In this document: positions 1 through 12,966 of the stretch, piece by piece
How positions within the stretch are numbered: position 1 is the first letter of the stretch
Layout of the letters: every line of letters starts with the position of its first letter
Assembly: GCA_002633005.1 (NCBI GenBank)
Contig: NMRA01000294.1
Location: 426,948 to 490,947, forward strand
Direction: 5' to 3'
Length of the DNA stretch: 64,000 nucleotides
Source of the DNA: Phoronis australis
Lineage: Eukaryota; Animalia; Phoronida
Notes under the pieces: generated by a model
Told to the model about the DNA's origin: nothing
What the model saw: only the letters and a program-made list of their open reading frames with translations
Database searches by the model: none
Made by a program: the position numbers and the translations under genes

Positions 1-926
1 CAATAAATGCATCACAGCTACATAGGAAAGCAAAACTAAGACTTTGTTTCCATTTTTGCAAAAGGCAAATTATAATTTTAAACTACTTAAACTAAATATG
101 TCCAATAGTTGAGAGAACGTCGTCATACATATATCTTGACAAAGTCATCGGATTCAATAGTGATACTAATTGTAGTCAATACAATAAACACGAAAAATGG
201 CAAAAGATATATCAAGCCGTATTTTTTTCAAAATTTAGAAAAGGCAAAACAATATTTGGATAAATTTAAATAGTCCATATAGCTAATACCTAACAATTAT
301 TTTTAAAATAAGCTGGACAGCATTAAAGTTCGAGTTCTACTGCACAAAACCATAACTAATGCATTCATTTTGTTTTTGGCTAGATCACATTTCAACAAAT
401 TCTCAACATCTTGATAGCTGTAGATCCACTAACATGTGAGTCCATTAACAAATAAACAGCTAGCAGGTAGATGCAATGATGTCACATTAATCTCAGTCTA
501 AAGATCACCAACAATGCCATTTTATTGTGACAAATGTTTGCCTAATAAATAAATGCGAATAATTCTGGCAAGAAGTGTGAAGAGTCTGACAGCATTCCGT
601 TAAAGTCTAGCTTCTAGTTTATTTTGAAAACTCATGCACGTCAAGAATAACAAAAACCCTGCATTAAGCAGGCCATGTTTCAAATCAGATTATTGATAAG
701 TGTGTGTTTAATGTGGACACTACGAACATCAGGTAATTGTACATTTCCAATTTGTTGATTATTAAACACAACATACCCTTAACAAGTTCACTCTATTGAC
801 TAGTACAGTTCATGACATGAATATCTAAGATTAAAGCTAAACTGTGAAGGATGTTGTATGTTGGCATAACAACTTGAGATTCTGAACAAGTCAGTGGCTT
901 GGGAAACAAAGGTTCAAATCCTAGTT

Positions 927-1110
927 ACACAAGTATGCAGTCAAACACATGAGTATGAAGTCAAACACATGAGTATGAAGTCAAACACACGAGTATGCAT
1001 TCAAACACACAAGTATGCAGTCAAACACACGAGTATGCAGTCAAACACACAAGTATGCAGTCAAACACACGAGTATGCAGTCAAACACACAAGTATGCAG
1101 TCAAACACAC
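927..1110. repeat. 20-bp minisatellite (ACACAAGTATGCAGTCAAAC), running into an assembly gap
   Basis: About 9 near-identical tandem units directly visible; followed by the N-run 1111-1919. Confidence 0.95.
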
Positions 1111-2927
1111 NNNNNNNNNNNNNNNNNNNNNNNNNNNNNNNNNNNNNNNNNNNNNNNNNNNNNNNNNNNNNNNNNNNNNNNNNNNNNNNNNNNNNNNNNN
1201 NNNNNNNNNNNNNNNNNNNNNNNNNNNNNNNNNNNNNNNNNNNNNNNNNNNNNNNNNNNNNNNNNNNNNNNNNNNNNNNNNNNNNNNNNNNNNNNNNNNN
1301 NNNNNNNNNNNNNNNNNNNNNNNNNNNNNNNNNNNNNNNNNNNNNNNNNNNNNNNNNNNNNNNNNNNNNNNNNNNNNNNNNNNNNNNNNNNNNNNNNNNN
1401 NNNNNNNNNNNNNNNNNNNNNNNNNNNNNNNNNNNNNNNNNNNNNNNNNNNNNNNNNNNNNNNNNNNNNNNNNNNNNNNNNNNNNNNNNNNNNNNNNNNN
1501 NNNNNNNNNNNNNNNNNNNNNNNNNNNNNNNNNNNNNNNNNNNNNNNNNNNNNNNNNNNNNNNNNNNNNNNNNNNNNNNNNNNNNNNNNNNNNNNNNNNN
1601 NNNNNNNNNNNNNNNNNNNNNNNNNNNNNNNNNNNNNNNNNNNNNNNNNNNNNNNNNNNNNNNNNNNNNNNNNNNNNNNNNNNNNNNNNNNNNNNNNNNN
1701 NNNNNNNNNNNNNNNNNNNNNNNNNNNNNNNNNNNNNNNNNNNNNNNNNNNNNNNNNNNNNNNNNNNNNNNNNNNNNNNNNNNNNNNNNNNNNNNNNNNN
1801 NNNNNNNNNNNNNNNNNNNNNNNNNNNNNNNNNNNNNNNNNNNNNNNNNNNNNNNNNNNNNNNNNNNNNNNNNNNNNNNNNNNNNNNNNNNNNNNNNNNN
1901 NNNNNNNNNNNNNNNNNNNCGCACATTTCTTATTGGGAAAGCCAGATTTTCAAAAATTAATCGCTCAGACCATTTGAGTCTCATTTACCTGCAATTATAC
2001 TGCTATCAAATGACCGAGCCAGCATTGTTGATACTACGACCGCTCATCGAAATAATGTACACCCACGAAATTCGGACACTAGCGGAAACCCAAATTTGGA
2101 GGTCCGCCAAATTCGGACACCACAAAATGATATTTCGCGAGATTCGTCCAAGAATGAATTTTTTCTATTGGAATTAATTTTCAGTGTCCGAAAATCACGC
2201 GACTTTACCGTACTACAGTAGGCGTAGCATTGAACTGCTGGAACACTACACTGACATCTCACCATTTTAGGGCACAATATGTCAAACAAAAGTTAATTTT
2301 CTCATTTTTTTCATAAAAGATGCATAGTGTCATTTTGACACTATTTGCCATATTCAAGATCTATAGCACAGCTACTAAAAAATAAATGAAAAGTCATGAT
2401 CACTCACAATAATGTTTGAAGCCCTTGAAAAATGAAGGAAGTGCTATTTTGGTGACTATTTTTGTCCGAAATTGGTTAGATTTTACCGCACTGTCTTGTT
2501 TTTCATACTTTTGGACTCGGGACCAGTTCCGTCACACTGCAGAGAGGAGTTCTAAACTTTTATGGGACATTCATGGCGTTTTGGTAAGAACATGGGTCAC
2601 AGTTTAATTTATTGTTACTCGGTGGTCAGCTATAACCACCCCGTGCCATTTCCTGGCCCACCAGTATAACAATGTATGTTTATATGATTTAAAAAATAAA
2701 AGACTCTCTCTTTCTCTCTACCTCTCTCTGCCTCTCTCGTAGCAGGGCAGGATTATAATGATGCCAGTAAGAATTTCACTCTGGCAGGCCGACAGATTCA
2801 TCATGACCTAATCTTTTGTCTAAGGCAAATTTAGAGTTTCAAATAATTGTTAAGCCAAATACGTTACTTTCCAAAAATAGGATCTAAAAATCATATTGGA
2901 GTAAAAACATAACAACATCAACCATAC

Positions 2928-3025
2928 CTTTGTGACGCTTCAGACAACTGGAAAAAGGACCATTTCATCTCACTACCTTCATCATCAGTCCACCAGAGGG
3001 CAGGCATAGAGCCAGAAGAGTCATT
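2928..3025 (-). CDS. Medium-chain acyl-CoA synthetase (ACSM-like), coding exon 2
   Basis: Minus strand ...ttatAG|AATGAC...CAAAG|GTATGG; 98 nt, phase 0 to phase 2. Translates NDSSGSMPALWWTDDEGSEMKWSFFQLSEASQ(R/S), matching the ACSM PALWW...E.KWSF.EL motif. Later exons not found (in the gap or left of the window). Confidence 0.88.
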
Positions 3026-4030
3026 CTATAAGCATTTTATGTAACTTGAAATACACTCAAGTCTATCACAATATACATGTACAAAGGAATATGTTAGAAA
3101 AATACACATGGTCATTTTTAGTTCTAGATAACACTGAGCTAAAATATCGGAGCATAAGGCTCATCTTTGAATATACTACTTGGCGCTTAGGTCTAAATAT
3201 GTGCATACCAGTAAACTAACAGCAAAAATAAATCTAAGGAAAAATCTAATTCATTGAATTTCGTAGAAACTGAGTCAGCGGTTTACATCTTTTGATACTC
3301 CACCGATACCACCTTTTTCTGCAAGATTAAATATATTCAATTCATTAGCATTCAGACGTTCTGATGTCCATCAGAAACAGCAAGCTTCAACCCACCATAT
3401 GTCAAGAAATTGACAAAAATGGTAAATAAATAAGCCGGCCGAAGAGTAGTACTTAATTTCTTTGGAATATCCAGTCTTTCACATAATCAAGCCAATCCCC
3501 AAAAACTTTGTGCTTTTTGTGTGTGTGTGCTAAATGCTGCACCACAAACTTGCAGAAGTGTCATTTTAAAGCTTGGGAACTGCCAATAAATTTAGCTTTA
3601 ACATATCATCCGCCATAGATGCCAATCCCCATTGTGCAAGTCTTACGCTAACAGAATTTGCATGCAAATGGATGAGAAAGCATGCACTGTCTACCACCGA
3701 GTATCCAGCGAACTCCTTGGTACAACAAAGGCTTGATGGCGCTGTCACAGAGCTAGTCACTATTCACAGGCTTGGATGAACGTGCTGGATGAGATATAAA
3801 TTTTGCGGTCAAAAACTAACATGCCTGTTTAGCGCACAAGTTTCAAAGTCAAAAACGACCATTACAGTAAGGCAAACAACCAACATGACTGTTTTTTTTT
3901 AAATTGCAAAGCAAATAGTAGCCGTCTCTGATTTTTTAAAAGCAAGGTATTATAAGAAAAATTAGCGAATAGGTTTTAGCAGTATTGTGGCTAAGACACG
4001 AGTATCAATTTGTAAATGGATTAGGACACG

Positions 4031-4300
4031 TTAGACAGTCTGGCGTAAGCTCTCCCTTAGATGTTGGGGTAACAAAACCCCAAATGTTAGCATAGGAGTT
4101 GTCTCATGCATATCAAATTCCAAAATACAATACATACTTAGTGTGACAGGTGGCACCATCCTAGCAAGAGACATATACAATCTGTTGTTAAAAGTATGGC
4201 AGAGTCGACTCGCACTTATGAATAACATTATGTGTAGTCTGCCATAAAGTGCCAGCCATGCCAACAGTGAATTCCAAACTATCACTCATATGTTGCATGA
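4031..4300 (-). mobile_element. Possible highly decayed LINE reverse-transcriptase fragment
   Basis: LYG/ADY..IMLFISASRL..FN resembles LYADDxVLxSxSxxGLQxLLN, with a downstream FGV resembling YLGV; frameshifted and weak. Confidence 0.25.
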
Positions 4301-5105
4301 CCAATGGTGCCATTCAAGCAAGTGATTTACAAACTGCAGTCAGCAATGCTGTGCCTGAACTTGGAATCTTGCTTAATCTTAAGATCGCATATGCATGAAC
4401 TTTGAATACACGAGGAAACTTGACAAGTTCACTCAACTAATCATCTTCATGTTGATAAAAATTTGCACTGTAGTAAATCAAATTACAAAAACTTAATAAA
4501 ATATCATAAATTTTAGCCAAAAGGAATCTTTTTTCAGCTTTGACAATAATTATTCACCGAACAATAATTGATTAAACCATTCACATATTTCTCCAATTCT
4601 TTGACTCAAGTTACACTAAAGGAGAAAATGGGTGATCATGAGGGCAATAATTACAAAATTCTTTACACTAAACAAAAAATTTTGCCTCACTGCCCAAATG
4701 AATATTCAATTCCAAGATCAAGCATACTGTGGTGAGCACTGAAACTGACAGGTATGTGACCTCTGACCTTTTAGGTCAGGTTTGTTATGATTGCCTCATT
4801 GGTTGTTACGTGAACCCCTCGTGGCTGATTGGTCAATTGTTTTGGCCAATCAGGGCCTTTAGGTGATATTCGGGTTGTCCGCTGAACCCTCGTGTTCAGT
4901 CTCTTTCATTCTAGGCAATTACATAGCCCTGAATGCCGCAGGCATACAGGGGCGATAGTACATCCCCATAAAAAGTTACTCATTTCAAAATACACCAAAT
5001 AAAATTGAATGAAACATGCATATAGGCATGTGAAGTTATAATTAACACAAACCATGACTCTGGATACAATTTAGTCAACATAACTTGAACATATACATGA
5101 AAATC

Positions 5106-6248
5106 TGTCACGGTTTGCTCCAGTTTCGCTTACAGGGTGCCATTTTGAGGATGTTACGTGATATCAGCGATGCTGAAGAATAAAAAGTCTAAGGGACAAA
5201 AATCTTACAAAATTTAACCTGATATCTTCCCAATGCTATTTTGCAAGTGTCACACGCCAGCGTCACAGGCTTCGCTCAAGTCTCGCGCTAGCCTTTGCCT
5301 AACTCACATGGCCCAATTGAAATACTTTGTGGTTAATCTCGCGCACGGTGGAAAAGTTAGCGAAGAGCAAAAAGTGGAGTTGAAATTCTTCACCAAAGTC
5401 ACCTCAATTCGCGTAGCTATGCTTGATCGAAGATTTGTGTAGAAGTAGAAAGGACCACTGAAGTAAGCATTTTTAAGCAATAGTTTTATGTGTAAAATGT
5501 ATTTTTGACGAGGTGAAAACTCTCAATCGGTGAGCGGCTTTCTCCTACTGCCCGTTTAAAATACACGGGACGAAATTAATACAGAAAGTGATGGGAAGTG
5601 TTGTAGCTCGGCCCTAACCAGCCAACTTAGGGGCTACGTGTTACCTAGTTCATTCATGTTGCATTGGAAGAAAGACATGTTTTGTTCTAGTGAACTAGCA
5701 TTCATCTAGAGTTTTGAGCAGAATATTGAGCACTTTTGAGTGATTAGGAACTTTTGAGTAGGCCTATTACAATCCAGTGTACATTTGGTGTGGATAGATT
5801 AGAGAATTTGTGAGTTAATTCAGCTTGGACAGTGACTGTTAGTGTTGCCTGTGTTGGAGTTACGGAGTCGTGACTGAAGACAAGCTAGTTTGGTTTGACA
5901 GTCATTCATACTATGGAGAACCCCTTGGCTGAACACGGTACTCGTGCCCTGTAATACCAGCTCGGGGAAGTTCACCACAATACGTGATCTTGAGATTGTT
6001 GTATATGTGCTTCCGGTGAATCATATGAGCCTCTGTTAGCTACTCGCTAACGGGCAATTGCCTATTAGCTGAATGGTTAGCACGCTTGCTGGTTTTATGG
6101 GGGTCGCTGGTTCGATTCCTGGGTCGGGTAATCTCGGCTATTACTACCAGATTAAGCAGGATTCCAAGTTCACGCACAGCAAAGCAATAAGGTACATACA
6201 GTATAGTGTAGTGACGGAGTCGTGTCGTCCCATGACATGACTGTTACA
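5106..6248. mobile_element. Putative solo LTR (1143 bp) in ACSM intron 1
   Basis: Starts TGTCAC, ends GTTACA (TG...CA with short inverted ends), flanked by a perfect 4-bp direct repeat AATC (5102-5105 and 6249-6252). Confidence 0.55.
6061..6130 (+). repeat. tRNA-derived (SINE-head-like) sequence with Pol III A and B boxes
   Basis: A box TAGCTGAATGG and B box GGTTCGATTCC at tRNA-like spacing; no clean acceptor or anticodon stem. Confidence 0.6.
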
Positions 6249-6321
6249 AATCGGTCCTATGTCTGACACAGAGTCATGTAAAATTTGTCAATAGTAGTGG
6301 ACGGAACACTACAAGACTTAC

Positions 6322-6558
6322 ATTTCCAACTCCAGCCCATTTGTCGAATACGTCAGAGGCAAAATTAAAGTACTCCGGCACATCAATTTTGAAGTTGTTG
6401 TATCCTTCTTCATAGTCGTTAAATCCGACAGCAGAGATCGATCGGGAAGATAGGGAACGTGTGCAAATTAGTCTACTTCGCTTGTTAGTGGCACGTGTAG
6501 CAAGTTTAGACAGTTGCGCAGTAACTTTAAAAGTGGAAGGTCTGAATTTACAAAGCAT
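6322..6558 (-). CDS. Medium-chain acyl-CoA synthetase (ACSM-like, mitochondrial), coding exon 1
   Basis: ATG at 6558. Arg/Ser/Lys-rich, acid-free N-terminus (mitochondrial transit-like), then GFNDYE...FKIDVPEYFNFASDVFDKWA, the ACSM VPEYFNFA.DV.D.W signature. GTAAGT donor at 6321-6316; phase 0 fits exon 2. Confidence 0.9.
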
Positions 6559-6946
6559 TTTTACCAGTCACGCCAATANCTTCCGTTGGCGAACCCAATG
6601 ATCTAATACTAGCCGTTACCCGTGCTTTCACACGGATAGCAGCTAGTGGGAAGCGCCGAGGGGAAATAGCTATACACCTCCCAAGAGTGAATCGATCGAG
6701 TGTTCATCGCAAGAGACAGGAATACTTCTTGAAGAGACCGTGTTCAAAGCTTCAAGCAGAATTTCTGACACCTAGTAGGCAATTACGGTGTGCGATTGTG
6801 GGATTCCCCTACACAGTACACTTTCTTTCTAGAACATTTGACCCTGCCGTAGCACTAAGTACGGAAACTGAATCAGATGTTCTTCAGTTTAAAAAGAAAA
6901 CTAAGAATGCATTTAAAATATTATATAGTACAAAGTATATAGATGT

Positions 6947-7153
6947 CAGTGGCGGATTTAGAGGGGGGCCCGCAGGGGGCCATGGCCCCCCACTAGTAAA
7001 ATTCTCCCAGCTTCCATTTGGCAGTTTGGGGGTGCGAATGTCTCAGTGAAGGGCAAAATTCTGGCTAATACCGATGGTTATCTCTTCCTGCTAATACTCT
7101 ATTTGCCATGCCCCCGCCGCACTCAACTGAATCCTGGATATCCACCGCCCTTG
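6947..7153. mobile_element. Short MITE (CAGTGGCGGAT-type termini) with 5-bp TSD
   Basis: CAGTGGCGGATTTAG...CCGCCCTTG flanked by GATGT/GATGT; homologous to 12381-12549. Confidence 0.8.
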
Positions 7154-7588
7154 GATGTATTTACTGACAAAAGTTGCATCATAAATCAATACGTACTGAG
7201 GTAGAAAGCCAGCTAGCTGTATCAAGACTTTCGTCAACAAGGTAGCCGTGTGTTGAGCTCCGTTAGACACCATTATTTCACACAACCCGGGTGCTCGATC
7301 AGATCGTCACCTCGTCGTGAACTTAGAGCTAACACCCTGCCTTATTAGTGCAGGGATGCATGCACGAATCTGGAAATGAATAGACATTCACAGTGCCCGT
7401 TATAGCCGTTTATAGAACTAAACAAAATCTAATAAACGTTATTTTTCGCAATTATCCGCCTTTTGTAACAAAGGAAAATCCTATCTGCTGTCGTTTTGAA
7501 AACCGTGAGTGCAATCTCGGTACGCGCATGATATTGAAATAGTCAAAACTTGTAACGAAATAAAACCATTTCCGATTGTTATGCCATG

Positions 7589-8453
7589 CAGTGGCGGATC
7601 TAGGATATAAGGGGGGGGGCAACATTTGTCTGTAATTGCGCAAAGCACGATTGTATAGATGAGCATAGCATCCAATAGGGGGAGGCCCAGGAAATTTTTC
7701 TGTTTTTTCCTCTAAAAAATCAACTTTAAGCATTTCCTTTGATTCCCGAAGTATTATCCAAGAAAAAAGGCAAAAAACACGGAGAAAGTGTCAAACAGGA
7801 AAAAGTGCAGGTACCACAGACTCGAACTCGAGACCTGACGGATAGAGCACGCTTGCTTTACCTGTCACCACGATTTCTACTAATTAGTTACTAAGAGACC
7901 TACTTGTTTATGGTCCACAGCGTTTGCGCGCGAAACCTTCTTTTGTAATGTTTATTACAATTTTTATAGTTTGTGCAATCAGTTCGTAACAAATTTGTTG
8001 TATTTAAAATAGTCTTCAATTGCCCAAAAGTCCAAACGACCAAATCCATTATTTTGTGTTGGCATTAATGACGCGATTGCTTTGCAAATCGTCTTAATGT
8101 TTGACAAAGAGAGAATTATCAGTTTCTGAGTGATTCACTAAGGTTTCGATTAAAATTCACATCTTATCAGCAGACGACGGAAACGAGTCGTAGTGCGCAG
8201 CGCCACTGCCGGTCGCCTGGGATATCGCGGGAGAGCCTATACTTAGCCATCCATAGTTCCGTTACGATTGAGCCGTGTTCCGAACACACTAAAACTGCAC
8301 ACATTTCAATCTTGTTTCCGCCGTATAATGTTAATTACCGGGGTTAATTAGTAAACTCAACATTTCCCTACGCTCTTGCTGTTTTACTTTTTGCGGCAGC
8401 CAAGGGGGGGNNNNNNNNNNNNNNNCCCCCCCCCCCCTATAAATCCGCCTATG
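7589..8453. mobile_element. Long non-autonomous DNA transposon, copy 1
   Basis: Termini CAGTGGCGGATC...ATCCGCCTATG; TSD CCATG/ACATG; collinear reverse complement of 12967-13985. Confidence 0.85.
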
Positions 8454-10082
8454 ACATGTACGCAACCTCCACAGTTGATTGAAGAACGTCGCGGTGGAAA
8501 TTGGCCCGATAGGTGACGCATATGGTGCCCAGAGAGCGCATCGCAATTTTAGCAGTAGAGTAACTGAAGAATGCCAATTTTCCTACATCCGGGTAAATAA
8601 TTTAGTTTACTCAAGGAAGATTAAAAAATTTTAAAGAGGCATCATTAATTTTGGCGGCGATAGGCCCGATGAATTATATACGCGACAGAAGCCGGCCGGG
8701 AGTGAAACTAAGCCGACGGAGTGACGTCACCTAGGCCTTTTGAGCCGACCGACTGACGTCACCAAGGCCAGTACGGAACTGGCCACCCTCCCTCCGCATC
8801 CGCGAAAAAACGGTCCACGAGAAAAAATAGAACACCTCGAATCCAAATAAGGGGCCGGTGCAAGTGCTAAGGTGGTGCCGAAACGCGCGCAACGAAGGTC
8901 TGTAGTGGAGCGGGGGAGACGGAGTTTGTACAAACGATGCATTTTATATAATAGATGCATTTTATATAATAGATAATGATAGATAGCCAGTAATAATATC
9001 TCACTCCGCCCTACCTAGCGGCACGCAGGGAACCAGCGAGTATTATCTCATTGGGCGAACCAGTCTCCAGGCGACTAGGAGCGACGTCTTTCGATAAAAT
9101 ACTACACACTGGTGTTGCAATGACGAATCGCTCGCACCCAATGCCACCTGTGCTCAGTGGCACGGTGAGTAATCATTAGGCACCCTGGAGAGTACTTTAA
9201 TTCTTTACATGTTGTGTATACAGGACGTTCTGGTACTCAGACTTTGTTATCGCTCGAATGAGTGGGCTCCTCACCACCAACATTATGGATATGACACTTT
9301 ATAGCCTTAGGCGCGAGTCAGTAGGAGCAAGGCCAGACAAGAAGAAGAGGGGAACAAACTGCGGTTTGTTTCGTCAAACTCTTGACCCCAGTGAAGCGGG
9401 TCTAGAGTTCCGGCCCCCACTTCCCTGGTGATCGCCAGTTTCGCGGCAGCTGACTTTCAATTCTGGGAACACCAATTAAAATTTCCCCGATTATAAAGTA
9501 TAACGCAAGGTTACGCAGTTTTCGGGTGTTTCAGTGTACCTATAACAAAGATTATGACTATTTTGTGCAAACAAGCAAAAAATCGTTTAGATTTTTTCAT
9601 CAAAGTCCAGCAATTTTAATGGGTTACAATTTAGATTAGCCAAGAACCCCTTTGGCGAAAATGGACCCCGTGCACACGTACCCAGGACATTAAATTCTAA
9701 ATTTTGTTTCTATGAAGGAAACTTGGTGGGAAACATGATAATTGATGTTAACAAGCCGGGAAAATGCCCCATGTATATTCTATATGCAAATTAGTGCGAT
9801 CATTACCGAATTTTGGTTATTTTGCAATGTCTCACCCATTATTTTATGTTGGAAGAAATAGGTGTCTATACCATGGTTTGAGGGTGGAGACAATGTGACA
9901 AATTTTGAAAAGTAACCTCCTCAGTTTTTCTGAAGGATATTAAACAGCAAGTCAGCATGTAATTCTTCTTAAACAGAGCACATGAAGTGTTCAGAAGCCA
10001 ATTAAAACAATAAACGCTTTCAAATCCTGCCTGAAACTTTTGTCAGACAACTTGGGTCCCCTCTCATTCACACCTAAGGAGA

Positions 10083-11519
10083 ACAGGGTGTGGGGAGGAT
10101 CGTACAAAGTGCACAGGGTATAGGGAGGGTCGTACGAAGTACACAGGGTATGGGGAGGGTCGTACGAAATGTACAGGGTATGGGGAGGGTCGTACGAAGT
10201 GTACAGGGTATGGGGAGGGTCGTAAGAAGTGTAAAGTGTATGGGGAGGGTCGTACGAAGTACACAGAGTATGGGGAGGGTCGTACGAAGTTCACAGGGTA
10301 TGGAGAGGGTNNNNNNNNNNNNNNNNNNNNNNNNNNNNNNNNNNNNNNNNNNNNNNNNNNNNNNNNNNNNNNNNNNNNNNNNNNNNNNNNNNNNNNNNNN
10401 NNNNNNNNNNNNNNNNNNNNNNNNNNNNNNNNNNNNNNNNNNNNNNNNNNNNNNNNNNNNNNNNNNNNNNNNNNNNNNNNNNNNNNNNNNNNNNNNNNNN
10501 NNNNNNNNNNNNNNNNNNNNNNNNNNNNNNNNNNNNNNNNNNNNNNNNNNNNNNNNNNNNNNNNNNNNNNNNNNNNNNNNNNNNNNNNNNNNNNNNNNNN
10601 NNNNNNNNNNNNNNNNNNNNNNNNNNNNNNNNNNNNNNNNNNNNNNNNNNNNNNNNNNNNNNNNNNNNNNNNNNNNNNNNNNNNNNNNNNNNNNNNNNNN
10701 NNNNNNNNNNNNNNNNNNNNNNNNNNNNNNNNNNNNNNNNNNNNNNNNNNNNNNNNNNNNNNNNNNNNNNNNNNNNNNNNNNNNNNNNNNNNNNNNNNNN
10801 NNNNNNNNNNNNNNNNNNNNNNNNNNNNNNNNNNNNNNNNNNNNNNNNNNNNNNNNNNNNNNNNNNNNNNNNNNNNNNNNNNNNNNNNNNNNNNNNNNNN
10901 NNNNNNNNNNNNNNNNNNNNNNNNNNNNNNNNNNNNNNNNNNNNNNNNNNNNNNNNNNNNNNNNNNNNNNNNNNNNNNNNNNNNNNNNNNNNNNNNNNNN
11001 NNNNNNNNNNNNNNNNNNNNNNNNNNNNNNNNNNNNNNNNNNNNNNNNNNNNNNNNNNNNNNNNNNNNNNNNNNNNNNNNNNNNNNNNNNNNNNNNNNNN
11101 NNNNNNNNNNNNNNNNNNNNNNNNNNNNNNNNNNNNNNNNNNNNNNNNNNNNNNNNNNNNNNNNNNNNNNNNNNNNNNNNNNNNNNNNNNNNNNNNNNNN
11201 NNNNNNNNNNNNNNNNNNNNNNNNNNNNNNNNNNNNNNNNNNNNNNNNNNNNNNNNNNNNNNNNNNNNNNNNNNNNNNNNNNNNNNNNNNNNNNNNNNNN
11301 NNNNNNCAGGAAGTACACAGGGTATGGGGAGGGTCGTACAAAGTGTACAGGGTATGGGTAGGGTCGTACAAAGTGCACAGGGTATGGGGAGGGTGGTACG
11401 AAGTTCACAGGGTATGGGGAGCGTCGTAGGAAGTACCCAAGGTATGGGGAGGGTCGTACAAAGTGTACAGGGTATGGAGAGGGTCGTACAAAGTGCACAG
11501 GCTATAGGGAGGGTCGTAA
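10083..11519. repeat. 30-bp G-rich minisatellite (GTACAGGGTATGGGGAGGGTCGTACGAAGT) spanning an assembly gap
   Basis: Tandem units visible on both sides of the N-run that starts at 10311. Confidence 0.95.
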
Positions 11520-12380
11520 AAAATCAATTTTAGACTAGTGAGTGAGATCTTTGCGCAATGTCTTGGCACGATAATGATGGTGTATGACTCTGATCACGCA
11601 TCAAGCAATTGGACTCCTCCAATTCTTTCGGATACTTGAGGAGTCGCATGAGAATCGACACCAAGTAGTCTGAATGTACTGTGAAACTTACAAAGATGAC
11701 AGTTCTCTGACAATGTTTTGTTACCCATGTGTAACAGCCGGCATTGGCAAATTCATCTTGGTTGTTGCAGATTTTTGGGAGTTTCTGTTTACGAATCCAG
11801 GAGAATAAGGGGTGAGATCAGAGACATAACGAATGAGTTAATACTAGTGAACAGAGAAATTTTTGGTCTGGACAAGATGTATCGGCGCATACATCGCTAT
11901 AAATGTGGGCTTTTCCCTCGTGAGGAAATCCATCACAGACTTCTGCTGCCTGGAAACTGCCTCCCTACTACTTTAGGCTTGCACTAATTATCGCAACGTT
12001 GGGATTTTGGTGCTGGTTTATTTTTTGTAAGACTTCGTGAAAAATGTCCCAAAATTCTACACAGCCTTCTCGTTGTTGGTCCACTCAAAATAACGTACGC
12101 GTCTACACTTTGCAAACAAACCTAGATTCTGATACATTTTACTAGTAGATAGATACTGTCATCTGAGAACTAGAAGTTCGTCTTCGACACCATTGCAGCG
12201 AGAGCTTGTAATCATGGGCGCGAAAGCCTAAAAATGAGGTCTCGAATTTTTGAGAATGTGGACCTTTTACTACAATTCAGACGGGTACGTTCACAGCTAT
12301 GAACTGTGCATTCTCCAAATTTTGGTAGTTCCTGCCAAGATGCTGTTCACGCCAAGATGTTGTGTGATATAGTATGGGAG

Positions 12381-12549
12381 CAGTGGCGGATTTAGAGGGG
12401 GGCCAAGGGGGCCATGGCACCCCTAAATTCTCCTATATCACATTTGGCAGTTCGGGGGTCGGTGCGAATGTCAGACGGGAAAAATCCTGGCTAATACTTT
12501 GCTCTGGCCCCCCTAACTCCAAATCCTGGACACCCCCCCCCCTCCCATG
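12381..12549. mobile_element. Short MITE, second copy
   Basis: CAGTGGCGGATTTAGAGGGGGGCC... with the same internal sequence as 6947-7153; flanks GGGAG/AGGAG. Confidence 0.75.
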
Positions 12550-12966
12550 AGGAGGGATCTCTTCCTAACAATTAAAGTTAACAATTTGCCTTCCTCGGCT
12601 CTCTCAATGCTTGTCTGCACATAGACCGTACAGTATACGCAACGACTTACGGCTGCCGTAAGATCAAACTTAGTCGATACATCAGTACCCCCCAATTTCA
12701 TATCCTGTGACACAATCATTATACATGAAGTAAAACGTCGTGTAAACTAACACGACAAATCACCATGATAATTGTGGATCACTTCTGAAAGATTTGTTTT
12801 CGTCAAGGCGGAAGTCCAAACGCGGAAGGACATCAACAATAAAGTCAACAAACTGTCGGTCGCTTCCCGAGAGAGCCGGGCACTGTACGTGATTGACAGT
12901 ATTTCACAACTCGCTCACTTCGTCATACTTCCGGTTTAAGGAATTGTAAATTCTACTATTTCTATT

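Noticed and set aside
894-2177. Long ORFs of 281-427 aa in several frames
   Set aside because: Artefacts of the N-gap plus a 20-bp minisatellite.
2720-2810. Candidate ACSM exon 3
   Set aside because: No frame gives the expected AN.L...CGL..GD.V...LPR.PEWW motif.
6061-6130. Functional tRNA genes here and at 34481, 41930-42010 and 53612
   Set aside because: A/B boxes are present, but acceptor and anticodon stems do not pair convincingly, and some continue into repeat tails; treated as SINE-like.
10064-11533. ORFs with RPSPYPVHFV / GMGRVVRS repeats (extensin-like look); also considered as a CRISPR array
   Set aside because: 30-bp tandem repeat across an N-gap; no unique spacers, no signal peptide or splice context, and eukaryotic DNA.
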